Source: Prorocentrum cordatum (Eukaryota). From it: DNA of 64,000 nucleotides. Below the pieces are notes generated by a model. That model worked only from the letters and a program-made list of their open reading frames with translations. It searched no databases and was not told the DNA's origin. Where the stretch lies: the NCBI GenBank assembly GCA_963575745.1, contig CAUYUJ010000281.1, positions 558,001 to 622,000 of the forward strand. The letters run 5' to 3'. This document shows, piece after piece, positions 9,003 through 21,239 of the stretch (its first letter is position 1; each line of letters begins with the position of its first letter). The position numbers and the translations under genes are program-made.

Positions 9003-10795
9003 CGGGGGGAGGAGGCCGACGAGGGCGCGCAGCCGGAAGTATAGGGGCGGGGACAGCGAAGAGCGCAAGTAGGATGCTTCCGCCGATGAGCGCAGCCTGT
9101 CAGCCTGTCAGCTCCTGGAGCGCAGGGCCGATTACAGGCACGGGCGAGGACACAAGAGAAGGACAAAGAGGACAAGCGCCCCTGCTCCTGCTCCTCCTCC
9201 TCCTGCCTCCTCCTCCCCTCCTCCTCCCCCATCCTCCTCCTCCTCCTCCTCCTCCTCCTTCTCCTCCTCCTCCTCCTCCTCCTCCTCCCTCCCTCCCCTC
9301 CCTCCCTCCCTCCCTCCCTCCCTCCCTCCCTCCTCCCCTCCCTCCCTCCCTCCTCCCTCCTCCTCTCCCTCCCTCCCCCTCCTCCCCTCCTCCTCCTCCT
9401 CCTCCTCCTCCTCCTCCTCCTCCTCCTCCTCCTCCTCCTCCTCCTCCTCCCCCTCCCTCCTCGACCTCGGCCGCTACGCTCAGGGCCAGGCGCCGAGCCT
9501 GCCCCAAGGCCGCACGAGCAGCGCGGCACTGCAGCGAGAACCGTGGGAGAGGAGCAGCAGCACAGGCCCCCGGAGAAGCGAACTCCGATCCTCCTTCTCC
9601 TCCTCCTCCTCCCTCCTCCTCCTCCTCCTCCTCCTCCTCCTCCTCCTCCTCCTCCTCCTCCTCCCCTCCTCCTCCTCCCTCTCCTCCTCCTCCTCCTCCT
9701 CCTCCTCCTCCTCCTCCTCCTCCCCTCCTCCTCCTCTCCTCCTCCTCCTCCTCTCTCCTCCCTCCTCCCCTCCTCCTCGCCTTCCTCCTCCTCCTCCTCC
9801 TCCTCCTCCTCCTCCTCTTCCTCCTCCCCCTCCTCCTCCTCCTCGCCTCCTCCTCCGCCTCCCCCTCCCTCCTCGACCTCGCCCGTTACGCTCGGGGGCC
9901 AGGCCTGCCCCAGGCTGCACCGAGCAGCGCAGCACTGCGGCGAGAGCCGTGGGAGGAGCAGCAGCACAGGCTGCCCGGAGAAGACGAAATCCGATCTGGT
10001 CCAATCCTCCACCATGCCCTCCTCCTCCTCCTCCGCCTCCTCTTCCTCTCCAATCCAAGTCTCCTCCTCCTCCTCCACCATGTCCTCCTCCTCCTCCTCC
10101 GCCTCCTCCGCCTCCTCCGCCTCCTCCGCCTCCTCCGCCTCCTCCTCCTCCTCCTCCTCCTCCTCCTCCTCCTCCTCCTCCTCCTCTCCAATCCAAGTCA
10201 ACTCCTCCTCGTCCTCGGCATCCTGGCGCTCCTCATCTACCTCTGCCTCTTTCCTCCTCCTCCTCCTCCTCCTCCTCCTCCTCCTCCTGCGCAGCCTCCT
10301 ACTCGGGAATCTTCAGACCCGGGTGAATCCAGACCTGGGTCAGTCAGGCCTTGCACAATCCTGCAAGGTCCTGTTCCCAAAGCGGGGTCAATGCGAAGGA
10401 ACCTGAATGATCCTGCAGGATCCTGCACCCCAGTCCGGGTCAATGCAACCATGCCCCTGCAGAATCGTGCAAGATCGGGCGCTCTGGCTAAACCCCGCTT
10501 GCAATGACCCCCGTCTCAAGGCTGCCGACCTACTCTCCCTCTCGTGGCGCCAGTAAGATGGCGAGGAGGATGTGGCTTCCCGCGGCTCTCCACGGGAGCC
10601 CCCACGGCGAAGACGAGGAGGACAACGATGACGAGGAGGACACTGCGGAAGAGGAGGGCGAGCCGGACGAGGAAGACGAGCAGGGCGAGGAACAAGACGT
10701 CGTCGTCGTCGCCGTTGCCGTCGCTGCTGTAGCCGCCGCCGCCGTCGTCGGCGCCGTCGCCGCCGTCGTCGCCGCCGTCTGTCGCCGCCGCGAAG

Positions 10796-10915
10796 TCAGT
10801 CGTCGTCGCCGTCCTCTACGGGGGCCCACGTCCACAGGGTGTGCCCATCCGCCGTCTCGGTGGTGAAGTCGCTGCATTCTGGGAGGCCTAGCTTCGCCAG
10901 CTGCTCTTTCTTCGC
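10796..10915 (-). CDS. Probable terminal coding exon of the host gene (AKKEQLAKLGLPECSDFTTETADGHTLWTWAPVEDGDDD*)
   Basis: Acceptor ttggccAG|G, phase 0, GC3-rich codons, ends in TGA; phase-compatible with exon 14170-14250. Confidence 0.55.
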   Translation of the reverse strand, partial: AKKEQLAKLGLPECSDFTTETADGHTLWTWAPVEDGDDD

Positions 10916-12960
10916 CTGGCCAAGCGAGGCGTCGTCCTCGTCGTCCTCGTCCTCGTCGTTGTCGTGGTGCTCCACCTCCCCCTCGTCCTCACCCTCCTGA
11001 GAAGGAGACCGAGAATGCTCCTCTCCTCCGTTCGTCCGCTACTCTACATATCGACTGCTCTAGCTCCCCGCGTTCCTCCCTTTCTCTGTCCTGTCCATGC
11101 TCTGTTCCACTCATCTAATCATGTCCCTTTTCGTCCATTCATCCATTCCTCCCTATCTTCCCCCCCTCTGTGCCCCTTTGTCAGGAGGGCTTCCTCCACT
11201 CACTTCCCTCCATGCGCGGGACCCCATGACAGGCACGCGGGCAAGGGGCTCATCACTCCGACAAGGCTGCCAGGTACAGCGATGGTGCGGGGCTCCCGGC
11301 CGACCAACCCTAACCCTTCGCTTGCAGGTACTGCAACGGCGTCAAGAAGAAATGCAAGCACGGATGGCATGGCACCGAGCTGGTCGCCGTTACCAGGGCT
11401 GGTCGGACGCGCAGCCGCACCGTCGCGAAGAACGACACACAGAGGACCCGGCAGAGTTGCATTCGCTGCGGCCTCGACCCCCAAGAATCGAAGTCACGCC
11501 CGCGGGCCCTCGTTGCACCAAGCACCTGCGGAGACCGCCAGGACCAGCTCGTGCAGCGGGCCCTGCTCACGACCGCCGAGGCCGTGCCCTGCTTTTGGCG
11601 CGTGAAGGCACGGTCGAGGTTTTCCTCCTCCTCCTCCTCCTCCTCCTCCTTGCAAGGCACGGCGGAGCGACTGGGAGAACCTCCTGCCTGGCCATTTCTC
11701 AACGGACGAGGGCCACCTCGCTCCCCTCCGGCCCGGCCGGCGTGGCCACGAGCGACGAGGCTGGCCGGATCCCAGGCAGCGGTGGCACGAGCGGGGGCAC
11801 CTCCACGGAAAGCCCTCGCGGTCGTCGCGTGGGCTCGGCCACGCTCTTCCTCAGCGGTGCCTCCAGACTTCGGCCTGCCTCAGCGCAGGCGTGCACGGGA
11901 GACGCACGAGCCGGCGCTGCCAGACAGCTGCTCTTGCCGAGTCCTGGGCGTTCGCGCGCACTTCCTCGCCCACCTCCCTACGGGGTCGTGCTGCATGTCG
12001 CGGACTCAAGCTGTGTGAGCAGCGGCCTCAAGAGGCTCTCGACGGGCCTCGACGGCCTCAAGAGCCTCGAGCTGCCCTCCACGTCCGTGAACGCCCGGGC
12101 CAACGTGCGCGGTTATCCTGGGCAGCGGGTTGCCCGCCATGACGGAGCTCAACGGCGCCCAGCGGGACCCGACCCAAAGCCGCGCCGACGGCGATGCTGG
12201 TTCACGGCGAGGCTGGGACACTGAGGTCTGTGGCACCGAGCTCGCGCAGAACACGCTGTAGGAAATCAAGAACCACAGCCCCCTACATCTCGAATGTGCG
12301 AAAGCGTCCAATGCCGAAGCCTGCACCGCCGTTGCCCGCATTGCCGTCCGCGCGTCTGCGGCCGCGCCGGCGTGCGACGGCTTCCGACGGCACGGCGTGA
12401 GCCCGAGCCTGAGCGTCCGGCGGCGCCCTCCTTTCGTGCCGTAGGCAGGGAGGCCTCGGCGTCGCACCTCGAGCATGCTGGCGCTGCGCTCCTCTCAACC
12501 ACTAGCTCCTGTCGCTCGGACGAGCACCATGCGGCGTAGAGCGGCTGCAGGCACAGAATCCCCCCCACCACTGATGTTGCTCCCAGCGTACTTAAGGACC
12601 ACCTCCCAGACATGATTCCGAGCACCCAAGGAAGTACCGAAGCGGTGTCGAACGAGGATCGCCTCCCAGGGCCCGACACGCGACAAAATCCTCCAGCCTG
12701 GGTACTTTCTTGGTGCTCGAAACTCTTTCTGGCGATCAAGGCTAAAGTAGGTTGGAACATCCGACCAGAGGCCTGGAAATGGGCACCAGCACCAACACAG
12801 GGGGTTACCTCCACAGGGGCAAAATGAACCTAGATTTCGGTAGTGGTGGTAACATTCCGGTCACCTTGGAAGCCCGAATATTACGACCATCGCCGAGATC
12901 GGGATCCTCTTTCCTCGGCGGAGGCACAGCGCCGATGTTGGTGTTGGTGTCAATCTCTAG

Positions 12961-13130
12961 GCTTAGGTCGGGCCTCTCCCGCCACAGGGGGGGGTCGGGC
13001 GACAAATTTAAGATACGACGCAAAAAATACCCTCAAATAGTCAAACAAAAATGCTCAACAAATCGTTCCCAGACTATTCTTGGACTATTATTGAACGTTC
13101 CCCCTGTAGAGGGACAGGCCCGACTTAACA
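12961..13130. mobile_element. MITE with about 30-bp imperfect TIRs, flanked by CTAG on both sides
   Basis: GCTTAGGTCGGGCCTCTCCCGCCACAGGGGG versus the reverse complement of the right end TGTTAAGTCGGGCCTGTCCCTCTACAGGGGG; CTAG at 12957-12960 and 13131-13134. Confidence 0.6.
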
Positions 13131-13388
13131 CTAGGCCCGCGACAGCACCTGCCACCTCCGCGTGCGGGACCGGCTACACGGGCGCGAGCCGCGCATGGCC
13201 GACGCACCTTTTGGGTGCGCGGGCGCTCGACGCGCACGGCCGAGCCACACCGGCCGGGCGCGCTGCCGCGACTGCAGCCACCGCGTGGCCAGAAAGCCGG
13301 GGGCGCTGCATCCGAGACACGCGATTGCCCGGTCTCGCCACGGCCAGCCCCGGCCTCGGAGAGGGACCACGACTGCAGCCACCGTGTT

Positions 13389-13588
13389 TGCGGGCAAGGT
13401 TGATGTCCATATCCAGTGTGTTTGGGATCTGTTTGGAAGGGGTGCCACAAGGCCGCGGCGCACTGGATATGGATAAACATCGAGCCTCCAGGGGGCAAAT
13501 TTATCCATATCGACTGCGCCTCGGTTCTTTGGGGAAGGGAGCCCAACACTCCACGCTGCAGTGGATATGGACAGAAGTATTGCCCGCA
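13389..13588. mobile_element. MITE with TG..CA ends, exact 5-bp TSD (GTGTT) and four alternating internal motifs
   Basis: TGCGGGCAA / TTGCCCGCA ends; GTGTT at 13384-13388 and 13589-13593; TCCATATC motif in forward, reverse, forward, reverse orientation. Confidence 0.8.
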
Positions 13589-14169
13589 GTGTTGCCTCGG
13601 CGGGCCTCGGCCTCGGGGAGCGTCCCCCGACCCGGGCCGCCAGGGAGCGGCCCGAAGGCCGGAGCACCTCCTGAGCCCCTTAAGGTCCCCACTCCAGGGC
13701 CTTGACCTTATCCCCCTCCGCGTCTGTCCTCCTCCTCCACCTCCTCCTCCTCCTCCTCCTCCTCCTCCTCCTCCTATCCTCCTCCTCCTCCTCCTCCCCC
13801 CCCTCCTCCTCCTCCTCCTCCTCCTCCTCCTCCTCCTCCTCCTCCTCCTCCTCCTCCTCCTCCTCCTCCTCCTCCTCCTTCCTCCTCCTCCTCCTCCTCC
13901 TCCTCCCTCCTCCTCCTCCTCCTCCTCCTCCTCCTCCTCCTCCTCCCTCCTCCTCCTCCTCCTCCTCCTCCTCCTCCTCCTCCTCCTCCTCCTCCTCCCT
14001 CCTCCTCCTCCTCCCTCCTCCCTCCTCCCTCCTCCCTCCCCCTCCTCCTCCTCCCTCCTCCCTCCTCCTCCTTCTCCTCCTCCTCCTCCTCCTCCTCCTC
14101 CTCCTGCTCTCCTCCTCCTCCTCCTCCTCCTCCTCCTCCTCCTCCTCCTCCGCTGTGCACTGCTGCTTC

Positions 14170-14250
14170 CTTCCACCCGGTCCGCAACGGGTCGATCTGC
14201 CACTTCTTCAGGACCGACGTGGAGGGCCAGAAGGCCAGGACTCCTGGTCC
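14170..14250 (-). CDS. Host gene internal exon (GPGVLAFWPSTSVLKKWQIDPLRTGWK)
   Basis: GC3-rich island between repeats; acceptor ggcAG|G; donor AAG|GA gives phase 0 (an alternative GG|GT donor at 14177 gives phase 2). Confidence 0.6.
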
Positions 14251-15218
14251 CTGCCCTGCGGGCCCCGCAGGCAGCATCGCAAAACCATCGAGCCGCAGGT
14301 ACTTGGGCTGCGCGGCCGTCGGCTGCACGAGGCTCACCTCCTCGCGCCTGCCGCTGGCATCCAGGGCCCAAGCGCGGCAAACCGCACGCAGGGCGCCTGC
14401 TCTCTGGGGGCAACATTTGGAGGAAGGAGGGCCCTCCAGCGGCGCTCCCGGCAGAGCGGCGCCAGCGAGCGGCAGCACCACGTGCGCGCGCCTCGGGGAA
14501 CGACCGATGACATAAACATCACTCGTGGGAGGAGAAGGAGGAGGAGGAGGAGGAGGAGGAGGAGGAGGAGGAGGAGGAGGAGGAGGCAGGAGGAGGAGGG
14601 AGGAGGAGGAGGGAGGAAGAGGAGGAGGTGGAGGAGGAAAAGGAGGAGGAGGAGGAGGAGGACGGGGAGGATGAACGGCGGCTTTCTCGGATCGGCGCTG
14701 GGCACCCCTCCCCGGCGCGCGGAGCGAGCCATATGGGCGGCGGCGGGGGCTCCGCCGGGGGGCTCCCGCGCCGATCCGGGAGGTTCGTGTGGACCTCCGA
14801 CGGCTCATGATGTCAGTGTTTGCTCCCCGGTGTGCAGCGCGCAGCGCCTGGTCGCCCGAGGCGGAAGTGGCCCCTGCACTTACGTCGGGCATGTCCTCCT
14901 ACGGGCGGACTCCGGAGGGAGACTCGGACGTAGCCCAAACAGGTTCCAGCATTGCCAGGAGAGCACGACACGTCGCCACCAGACCGTGGTGCGAACTGCT
15001 CTGGGCTACTCCTCCTCCTGTAGAGGGAGACATGCACGACTTGACGCTACGCGACCGAGACACGCTGGAAGGGACCTCTCAAGCTGCTCGCAGGGCCTCC
15101 GCAGTATCCATAAGAGCAAGAACGCAGCCGAGCACAGGAGGGCGTGGCGTGCAGGCAGCCGCGGAGCTCGGACATGCAGGAGCGATGGTGCGGACGGCGC
15201 CGCAAAGCCCTGGGAGAG

Positions 15219-15360
15219 CCTGGCCATCGCTCGGACGTCCACTCCCTGTGTTTTTGTTCGGTTTTCGTGCGTGGTTTTTTCGCCAAATCATCAAGGATGC
15301 TCCTCGATGGCCCTCGCCGAGGAAAAAAAAAAAAACGCACACGTCCGAGCGATGCCAAGG
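15219..15360. mobile_element. MITE with CC..GG ends and 2-bp TSD, copy 2
   Basis: Same TIR and interior as 2587-2720; flanked by AG on both sides. Confidence 0.7.
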
Positions 15361-16071
15361 AGCAGAGCCTCGACCGCGCGAGCACCGGATCTGCAGGTGG
15401 CCGGGGCGCCACCCTGCGGCGAAGTGTGCGCGCACGGCACGGGCCGCCGGCGCTGCCCCGTGGCGTGAGCAGGGACCGGCCGCCCCGGCATTCCTGTAGG
15501 AATACCACGGAACGTTTTTAACACCTAAAAATGATGGATAAAAAAACGACCCTAACCTGGGTGACAAGTGCGTGGTCTGTGAGCTCCCTGGGAACCCCCC
15601 AAACCTAGAGGACGCCAGGACGCCGCTCATCACGCAGGGTTTACCCTGTCAGCCCACAGGAGTTTCAGCGCACAGCGCCTCGTAAACCAGGGTAGGGGCG
15701 TCTTCTATGCCCTTGAGAAAATGTTCTAATAACCGACTGCGGGGGATTCTAATACCCGGGGGGAAATATAGTTCGGGGGTCTGGCGGGATTAAATAAAGG
15801 ATATTCCCGGGGGAGGTGAAATTATGATGATGATGACGATGATCGTGATGATGGAGATCCTGGGCGCTCGGCACAAGACTGACTCGAGAGATCTCGATGC
15901 TCGTTGCTATACAACTTGCGGGGTAGGCTTCATTATCGCCCGCAGTCGGTTCACAAAAACAATGTCCTGTAAACCCAATGCGTTAAAACAAAGCAGTGCC
16001 GGCCAGGAATACTCTAAGAACGTCTCGCGCAGACCACAGCAGATTCTTAGAACATTCTTTGGTAGGCCTAT

Positions 16072-16260
16072 TGACGAACGATCCACACGCACCCATACCC
16101 ATAGGGGGGACGGAATGACCTATGGGTGCGTGTTGTCGGAGGGGGTTCCTCGCTCGAATGGGAGCCTCCCATGGGGTCCGACAACCCGCACCCATACCCA
16201 TAGCCAATCCTTCTCCCTCCGACCTCCCGATGGGTATGGGTGTGTGTTGTTCGTTCGTCA
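16072..16260. mobile_element. MITE with TG..CA ends, about 31-bp TIR, near-perfect 5-bp TSD and four alternating internal motifs
   Basis: TGACGAACGATCCACACGCACCCATACCCAT / ATGGGTATGGGTGTGTGTTGTTCGTTCGTCA; flanks CCTAT and CCTGT; internal inverted pair at about 16122-16140 and 16177-16195. Confidence 0.75.
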
Positions 16261-17301
16261 CCTGTAGGCAAAACAAGGCTAGGATCGGGATACATCGCTC
16301 CAGAGCGTTCCGGGGCGCTCTCAGAGCGTTCCGGAACGCTCTGGAGCGGCCGCGGCACCCAATACATCCTCCGAACCCGCCGATTCTCAGAGATTCCAAG
16401 TCATCCCGGTCCGATTTTGTCCCGATCTTCGCGTCGTTTTAGTAGTCAGAGCGTGAATTACCTACCCCGCTTTCGCTTCCAGGCAAAACCAAGCCGTACC
16501 ACGCGCCTCCTCGTCAAGCGGCCTGACCAGTACAGGCTGCAATTCGGCATCGTTTGGTATCTCTTGGAAGCGAGGGTGGTCAAAAGCGAGGTAGGTTTGT
16601 TTGTCCCCTAAGTAGGCTGGCCAGGACGCCTCGCCACTGCTTGGAGTGGACCCTCGCGCGGAGCGGGGCGCCCTCCGCCGCTCCGGCCGGCCGGGAGCAC
16701 CGCTGCGCGCCGCGGCAGGCGCCAGGGGGCCCCGTCTCGGGGGCGGCCAGCGCCGACGACGACGACGACGACAACCTCGCCGTCGCCGTCGCCGTCGTCG
16801 TCGTCGTCGTCGTCGTCGCCGAGGGGCGTCCACGAGGGGAGGTCGCGAATCATGGCCCGAGGCATGTGCGCGGACACACGAGGGGGGGGGGGGGGGCGGG
16901 GGGCAAATGACACACAGGCAGAAAGAAGAGGCAGCCATGAACTCCGGGGAGGGTTACCATGGCCCCGGCCATGATAGATCTCCCCCTGGGCATCTCCCTC
17001 GGCATCCCCCCCGTTTTTGGCCGCCCCCGAACTTCCCCCGTCTTGGCCGCTGCCGGGCAGACAGAAACTGCGTCGTCGCTTCCTCTGCCTCCCCTGCCTC
17101 CAGCGCCTCCCATAGTGCGCAGAGGGGCACTGCTGGGCGGGACCAGCTTCGGAGGGGAAACATCGATCTGGGATCGGCGATACATCGCCGACAGATCGGC
17201 GATTGGCCCCGCACGTTCCAGGGCGGGGTGGGCCGTCGAGATAGTGGTGGCGGTCAGTGAGCGATCGGGGGTCGGTGCGTCTCCCCGGAGCGTGTCCCCC
17301 T

Positions 17302-18194
17302 CATGGGTTGCCCCTGGAGTGCGCCAGGGGGATCCTGGCTCCTGGGAGGCCCTCGCGGCCATGGCTGGGCGCCGCTCCAGGGGCTGGCCAGGATGAGCCC
17401 GGGGAGGGCTCGGGGGATGGACTCGGATCGGACTCGGGGCCATCGTGGACGCAACTGGGTTCGGCCCGGAAAACCTGCAGGGCGGCCCCGCAAGCTGCCG
17501 CGCCCCTATGCGAGTAGCAGGCCGCACGGCCCGCGGACCGAATCTCCGCGACGGAACGAGCAGCGGCACTCGCAGGCAAAGCCGGCGTCAATCTGGTCGG
17601 CGGGCACCCGCTGCACCAGCCGGCAGGAACCCTCGGAGGGCTCTGGGGATCCACCCTGCAGGGGCGGCTGCGCAGGCCACCCTGACTACCTACCAGACCA
17701 CCCCAACCCAACCCGAAGACCCGAATTTCGGGTTGGGGGGGGTAAGAGTTCTACGTGTGTTTTTTCGATGTTTCCCGACCCCTCCCCCACTAGAAATCGA
17801 CTGTAAATTCGAGCCTTCGGGTTGGGTTGGGGTGGTTTGGTGGGTGGTGACACCCCGCGTCGCGCCTCGCGCCGCGCAGCTGCGCCAGCCGTGGCCGTGC
17901 TCGCCGCCCCCGCGCCGGCCCCTGGAGAGGAGCAGCACTCCGCAGCTGGCCGCGAGGCGCGCGAAGCGCGAGCACTGCCTGCGTACCCACCCCTGCAGGA
18001 TCCATCCCCGAGGCCCTCCAGGGGTTCCTCCTGGCTGGTTTTCCGAGCTGAACCCAGCTGCGTCCGCGAGGGCCCCGAGTCCGATCCGAATCCATCCCCT
18101 GCGCCCTCCCCGGGCTCGTCCCAGCCGGCCCCTCGAGCGGCGCCCAGCTGTGGCCACGAGGGCCTCCTAGGAGCCAGGAGGCCCTCCACCCATG
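17302..18194. mobile_element. Long imperfect inverted-repeat element (arms about 200 bp) enclosing a MITE
   Basis: 17333-17475 plus 17615-17677 are the diverged reverse complement of about 17977-18179; the left arm carries an extra block of about 140 bp. Confidence 0.6.
17683..17850. mobile_element. MITE with about 46-bp TIR and exact 5-bp TSD (CACCC)
   Basis: TGACTACCTACCAGACCACCCCAACCCAACCCGAAGACCCGAATTT matches the reverse complement of the right end; CACCC at 17678-17682 and 17851-17855; right terminus reads GTGA rather than GTCA. Confidence 0.75.
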
Positions 18195-18230
18195 TATAGA
18201 TACACTTACACACATGCTTACACATATACA

Positions 18231-18270
<40 letters not shown>

Positions 18271-18419
18271 GAGTGAGAAAGAAACATATAAGGAGAGTTA
18301 TACACAAATAGAAAATCTCAGAATTCATAAACGCCTTGCGCCCCTGAAGGTAACCCGTACTGCCTCCTGGGCCGCGCCGGCCCGCGAGCAGAGGCCGGCG
18401 CCCGCGGCCCCGCCCGCGC

Positions 18420-18495
18420 CTTGTCCTTGACGCCCAGGGCCATGCCGTGCTTCCTGTAGGTGGTCATGATGCCCGGGATGGTCTCCGAGTGCGAC
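18420..18495 (-). CDS. Host gene internal exon ((R)SHSETIPGIMTTYRKHGMALGVKDK)
   Basis: Acceptor cccgcgcAG|G, phase 2, completing the AG|G Arg codon from exon 27282-27361; all codons end in G/C; donor AAG|GC. Confidence 0.75.
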
Positions 18496-19689
18496 CTGCG
18501 CGGGCGTCGCCAGCCGCCCCCACTGCGCGGAAGGGCAGGAAGACGAGGAGGATGATGCAGGATGGGGGGCGAGGAGGAGGAGGAGGAGGACGAGGAGGAG
18601 GATGACGAGGAGGAGGAGGAGGAGGAGGAGGAGGAGGAGGAGGACGATGCAGGAGGATGGGGGCGAGGAGGAGGAGGACGACGAGGAGGAGGGGGTGCGC
18701 TTGGATACCGAAGGGTCGACATCCCACAAGTCCAGATCGCAGCTTTGTGAAAGATGAGGCGTGCTTGTGGACACACGCGGCGGAGTGTTTGACACTTTGC
18801 ACCGCCGTGGGCAAATGTCGAGCGTAGTGTTCTGGACCTTCCGCCACCGTCACGTACAAGTCCTAATTCTTGGCACCTCACGGCAGACATTCTGCTTGCG
18901 GCAAGACGTTGGGAATACTAATCCCACCGGCCCTCTGGGCGTAGGTGGTTCAACGAGTTTTGTCTTCTCTCCGTCCGTCCAAAATCCCTCCCTCCCCTGC
19001 TCAAAGGAGGGGGTGATCACTGTTCCCTATTAATATACACCCCTCCCCCAGGCGAACGGCAGCCAAACAGAAACAATGAGGACCCCATGATGGCCCCCCC
19101 CCCACCATCCCTGTCAAAAACAATACAACCTACACTTTGGGGCATAATCTGGAGTCATGTTCGTGAGGCCCGCGAGCACTTTGTACTGCTTTTTGACAGG
19201 GACGGCGGGGGTGTCAGCATATTGTCTGCTCCGCACAGGGATACCATCCCTAAGACAAAACAATACAACATGCACCTCGCAACGCCTCGCCCCAGCGTCG
19301 CGCAGATGGGCTCGGTTTTGGTTCCCAGCAGCTGTCCATCCAAAGACGACCGCTGAACATGCTGAGACTCGGGTGTTACTTCTATGTTGGGAGGGCGGGT
19401 GGGATCGAGCTAGACGGCTTGCCATCTAGGAGGGTGTCTAGACCCCTCCTCCTAACCCCCTCCCCTGGGCCTGTGAGGCTGCGGCCGACCGCACCGCGCG
19501 GAAGTACGCCGACCGTTGGGGCCCTCTCTGAGGTCGCTACTCTGTTGTGTTCAACCGCGCCCCTCCTTCCATCCTTGCCACGTCTCCTTGTGAGCGCTGC
19601 TACCTGCCAACAGTGCTTAGGCGTCGGAAGCGCTCTCCTGGGAAATACCATGGGGTCGGCTGATGTGGCGTAAGCCTCTCGAATCTCTC

Positions 19690-21239
19690 AGCACTTCCAG
19701 CTGGAAAGGCTACCATTACCTTCGGTCACGTGCCGGAACGTAAGAGGGTGTACCGATCATCTTCGGGGAGCAAATTTCCTCCCACTGTGCAACGCACCAT
19801 CAGAACCCATTTCATTATCGATAATGTTATTGCTGTCGGGCTGGCCAGGAACGTTCACGCATTACCGTCCTGCCCAGGTGCTGATCTAAATACGTTGACC
19901 TACTACGACAACGATGCCCAGCCAGGCTTGCAGCTTTATGAGCCAGCCAATGTTTCCCTTAACATCCCTCGACTGGTACAGAGCCTGTTCTCCTCTCGGC
20001 CAATACACTGATTCGACGAAGACCCTTCGAGATTCCCCGACCTAGCCGACCGTCCTCGGGAGAGTGATGAACGCGGAAATGCGAACCTCCATGAGACTCC
20101 AGTGGAATCTGAGAGAGACGCTGGCCGACTATCTACCATCGACGAGGGGGGGGGCGAACAAGAGGAGGACACGATGCTGATGCAGGATTGGTATCAGGAG
20201 CTGGTGCACTCTGACCAAAACTAAATCGGGCCATGTATCTAGTCAGAACAGCTTCAACTCCACTGCGCGGTCCCCACTCCCCTCATGCCTATCAAAACGA
20301 GACCAGTATCTTACGGGCACGAAAGCATTGTGTTCAAGACGGACGCCATATACCTTGGTAAACCTGTCCAGCATGACGCGCCATTTTCCCACCGAAAGGG
20401 TATGGTAACCGTACTGCGGCCATCGAAGGGCTCACTTGCAGCCGCACGTGACGACTGCAACCTCGATGCCGACGCCCAGGGCAAGCACGCCGAGCTGTGC
20501 TTCACTGGTGACATGCCCAACGTAGCTTTGGACGAGCATCAGCTCAATGCCATGCACCCTGACGAACTAGCTACAGTGCGCGTCTACATTCTGGTGGGAA
20601 TTGCAACAAACTGTTGTCGTGAAGGAAGATGACCTGCTCACCAAGACCAGCTCACCAAGCAGGATCTCCTGAGTCATTCCAAGCAAATTTCCAATGCCCA
20701 TATGGCCGAACTGAAAATATCGTTAGATAGCCGCTGCTTTACTTAGGAACCTTTGTTTCCAAGGCCCAACATGACATCTACAAATGGAGGTTCGTGAAGA
20801 CCGACTCCGGCAATACTGAAAAATGTACGACTCCATGTAGTACTGAAATGGCTTTATGTACCAAGAGGCCTTCTCCGTAGAGACCTTCTCAGGCACGATT
20901 AGGCATACCTCGCAGCGCTTACTAGCAACTGAGGCGGCATGCCACGAGGACTGGATCCTCGCCAGCCTGGGCGTGCACAAGGCCTTCCTCAGAGGCCTAA
21001 CCTACAACGAGTTAGTAGAAGCGACAAGAGAACAGGAGGGCATTGTATGTCGTACTCTGCCTACTGGAAGTGCCCCCGGCCTACGCACATTATCGGGGTT
21101 GGGGGGCTATGGGGGGCACCGGCACACAGGACGCTCCACGAGGCTTCTCCCTCAAGCTGTAGAAGACCACAGGGAGCATCGTTCTCAAGGGATTGGGAAG
21201 TGTAGGCCTCATAAGCATACATGCACGAACTGTGCACTG
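19690..21239 (+). pseudogene. Decayed Ty1/copia-like pol, pre-RT region and N-terminal RT
   Basis: ETFSGT..SQRLLATEAACHEDWILASLGVHKAFLRG, GTGTQDAPRGFSLKL; stops, frameshifts and deletions; the catalytic xVDD motif is not visible. Confidence 0.7.

Noticed and set aside
8892..9068. N-terminal 59 aa of the 1809-aa ORF
   Set aside because: Extends through the leader, the TSD and flanking DNA outside the element; first ATG inside the element is at 8891.
8894..10507. Long ORFs of 400-590 aa here and at 13702-15468, 31722-33455, 35588-37099 and 46307-48076
   Set aside because: Open only because GAG/CTC tracts and GC-rich DNA lack stops; translations are homopolymeric. Small real exons or remnants inside them are listed separately.
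15722..15961. Possible fourth TG..CA MITE (AACCGACTGCGGG inverted pair)
   Set aside because: Only about 13 bp match well and no TSD is visible.
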